A stretch of 285 nt of DNA from sequence record AF419416.1, one strand, 5' to 3'. Made by a program: the position numbers and the translations under genes. This DNA is from a phage. Each line of letters begins with the position of its first letter. Positions within the stretch are counted from its first letter, which is position 1. The notes under the pieces are model-generated. The model searched no databases. It saw only the letters and a program-made list of their open reading frames with translations, and was not told where the DNA came from. Shown here piece by piece: positions 1 through 285 of the stretch.

Positions 1-18
1 ATGACTATGTCTAACATG
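1..18 (+). other. Cluster of three in-frame ATG codons (nt 1-3, 7-9, 16-18) at the 5' end of the ocr ORF; true initiation codon cannot be assigned because the upstream Shine-Dalgarno region lies outside the window
   Basis: Seen in sequence: atg act atg tct aac atg = M-T-M-S-N-M. In T7 the corresponding protein begins M-A-M-S-N-M (from memory), so the first ATG at nt 1 is the most likely start, but no RBS is visible to confirm it. Confidence 0.6.
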
Positions 19-285
19 ACTTACAACAACGTTTTCGACCACGCTTACGAAATGCTGAAAGAAAACATTCGTTATGATGACATCTGTGACACTGATGACC
101 TGCACGATGTTATTCACATGGCTGCCGATAATGCAGTTCCGCACTACTACGCTGACATCTTTAGCGTAATGGCAAGTGAGGGCATTGACCTTGAGTTCGA
201 AGACTCTGGTCTGATGCCTGACACCAAGGACGTAATCCGCATTCTGCAAGCGCGTATCTATGAGCAATTAACGATTGACCTCTGG
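1..285 (+). CDS. ocr: Ocr-like DNA-mimic anti-restriction protein (phage T7 gp0.3 family); partial, 3' end cut by the window edge (codons 1-95 of an expected ~117)
   Basis: Seen in sequence: frame 1 is open across all 95 codons from ATG at nt 1-3 to TGG at nt 283-285, while + frames 2 and 3 hit stops immediately (tga at 2-4, taa at 12-14) and all three reverse frames contain stops. Translation is highly acidic (20 D/E vs 5 K/R) and contains a single Trp as the last visible codon. From memory: the translation is near-identical to T7 Ocr ([95 protein letters not shown]...), including the [24 protein letters not shown] and [50 protein letters not shown] stretches. Codon usage (ctg, cgt, gac, ccg, ggt) fits an E. 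coli phage early gene. No stop codon in the window, so the 3' end is undefined. Confidence 0.9.
   Translation, partial: MTMSNMTYNNVFDHAYEMLKENIRYDDICDTDDLHDVIHMAADNAVPHYYADIFSVMASEGIDLEFEDSGLMPDTKDVIRILQARIYEQLTIDLW

Noticed and set aside
75-99. Short direct repeat tgatgac at 75-81 and 93-99
   Set aside because: A 7-nt repeat 18 nt apart reflects repeated Asp-Asp codon pairs (gat gac) in an Asp-rich protein. It is too short and too isolated to indicate a CRISPR repeat, terminal repeat or recombination site.
127-132. gataat hexamer resembling a sigma70 -10 element (TATAAT)
   Set aside because: It lies inside the coding sequence (codons Asp-Asn), with no credible -35 element (TTGACA-like) at 16-18 bp upstream. 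Most likely a chance match.
186-191. ttgacc hexamers resembling a -35 element (here and at 275-280)
   Set aside because: No plausible -10 hexamer at the correct spacing downstream of the first one, and the second is at the window edge. Both are explained by Ile-Asp-Leu codons (att gac ct) in the reading frame.
1-285. Possibility that the window encodes a previously undescribed defence or anti-defence system
   Set aside because: The translation is recognisably Ocr (T7 gp0.3), one of the best-characterised anti-restriction proteins. Nothing in the window is unexplained by that single known gene.
1-285. Alternative or antisense ORFs overlapping the ocr frame
   Set aside because: Plus-strand frames 2 and 3 hit stops within the first 14 nt (tga 2-4, taa 12-14). 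All three reverse-strand frames are interrupted by stops, for example the reverse complement of tta at 268-270 and of cta at 259-261, leaving no reverse ORF longer than about 36 codons before a stop. No support for an overlapping gene.
1-285. RNA genes, CRISPR arrays, transposon ends or Rho-independent terminators
   Set aside because: No extended inverted repeats followed by a T-tract, no tRNA-like cloverleaf potential and no repeat-spacer periodicity are evident. The entire window is accounted for by one protein-coding frame.

Overview
The whole 285-nt window is a single open reading frame on the + strand (frame 1, 95 codons, no stop) that I recognise as the N-terminal ~80% of an Ocr-type DNA-mimic anti-restriction protein (phage T7 gene 0.3 family). 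The predicted protein, [95 protein letters not shown], is strongly acidic (14 Asp + 6 Glu against 2 Lys + 3 Arg) and appears to match T7 Ocr, as I recall it, at all but about three residues. The gene runs off the 3' edge, so the acidic C-terminal tail and the stop codon are missing; the 5' edge falls exactly on the ATG, so no ribosome-binding site, promoter or genomic context is visible. This is a well-characterised phage counter-defence gene, not a previously undescribed system. The only points worth a second look are the apparent substitutions relative to canonical T7 Ocr, including one that introduces a cysteine, and the unknown context of the gene. No RNA genes, CRISPR arrays, mobile elements or convincing regulatory sites are present. 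All comparisons to T7 are from memory and need checking by alignment.
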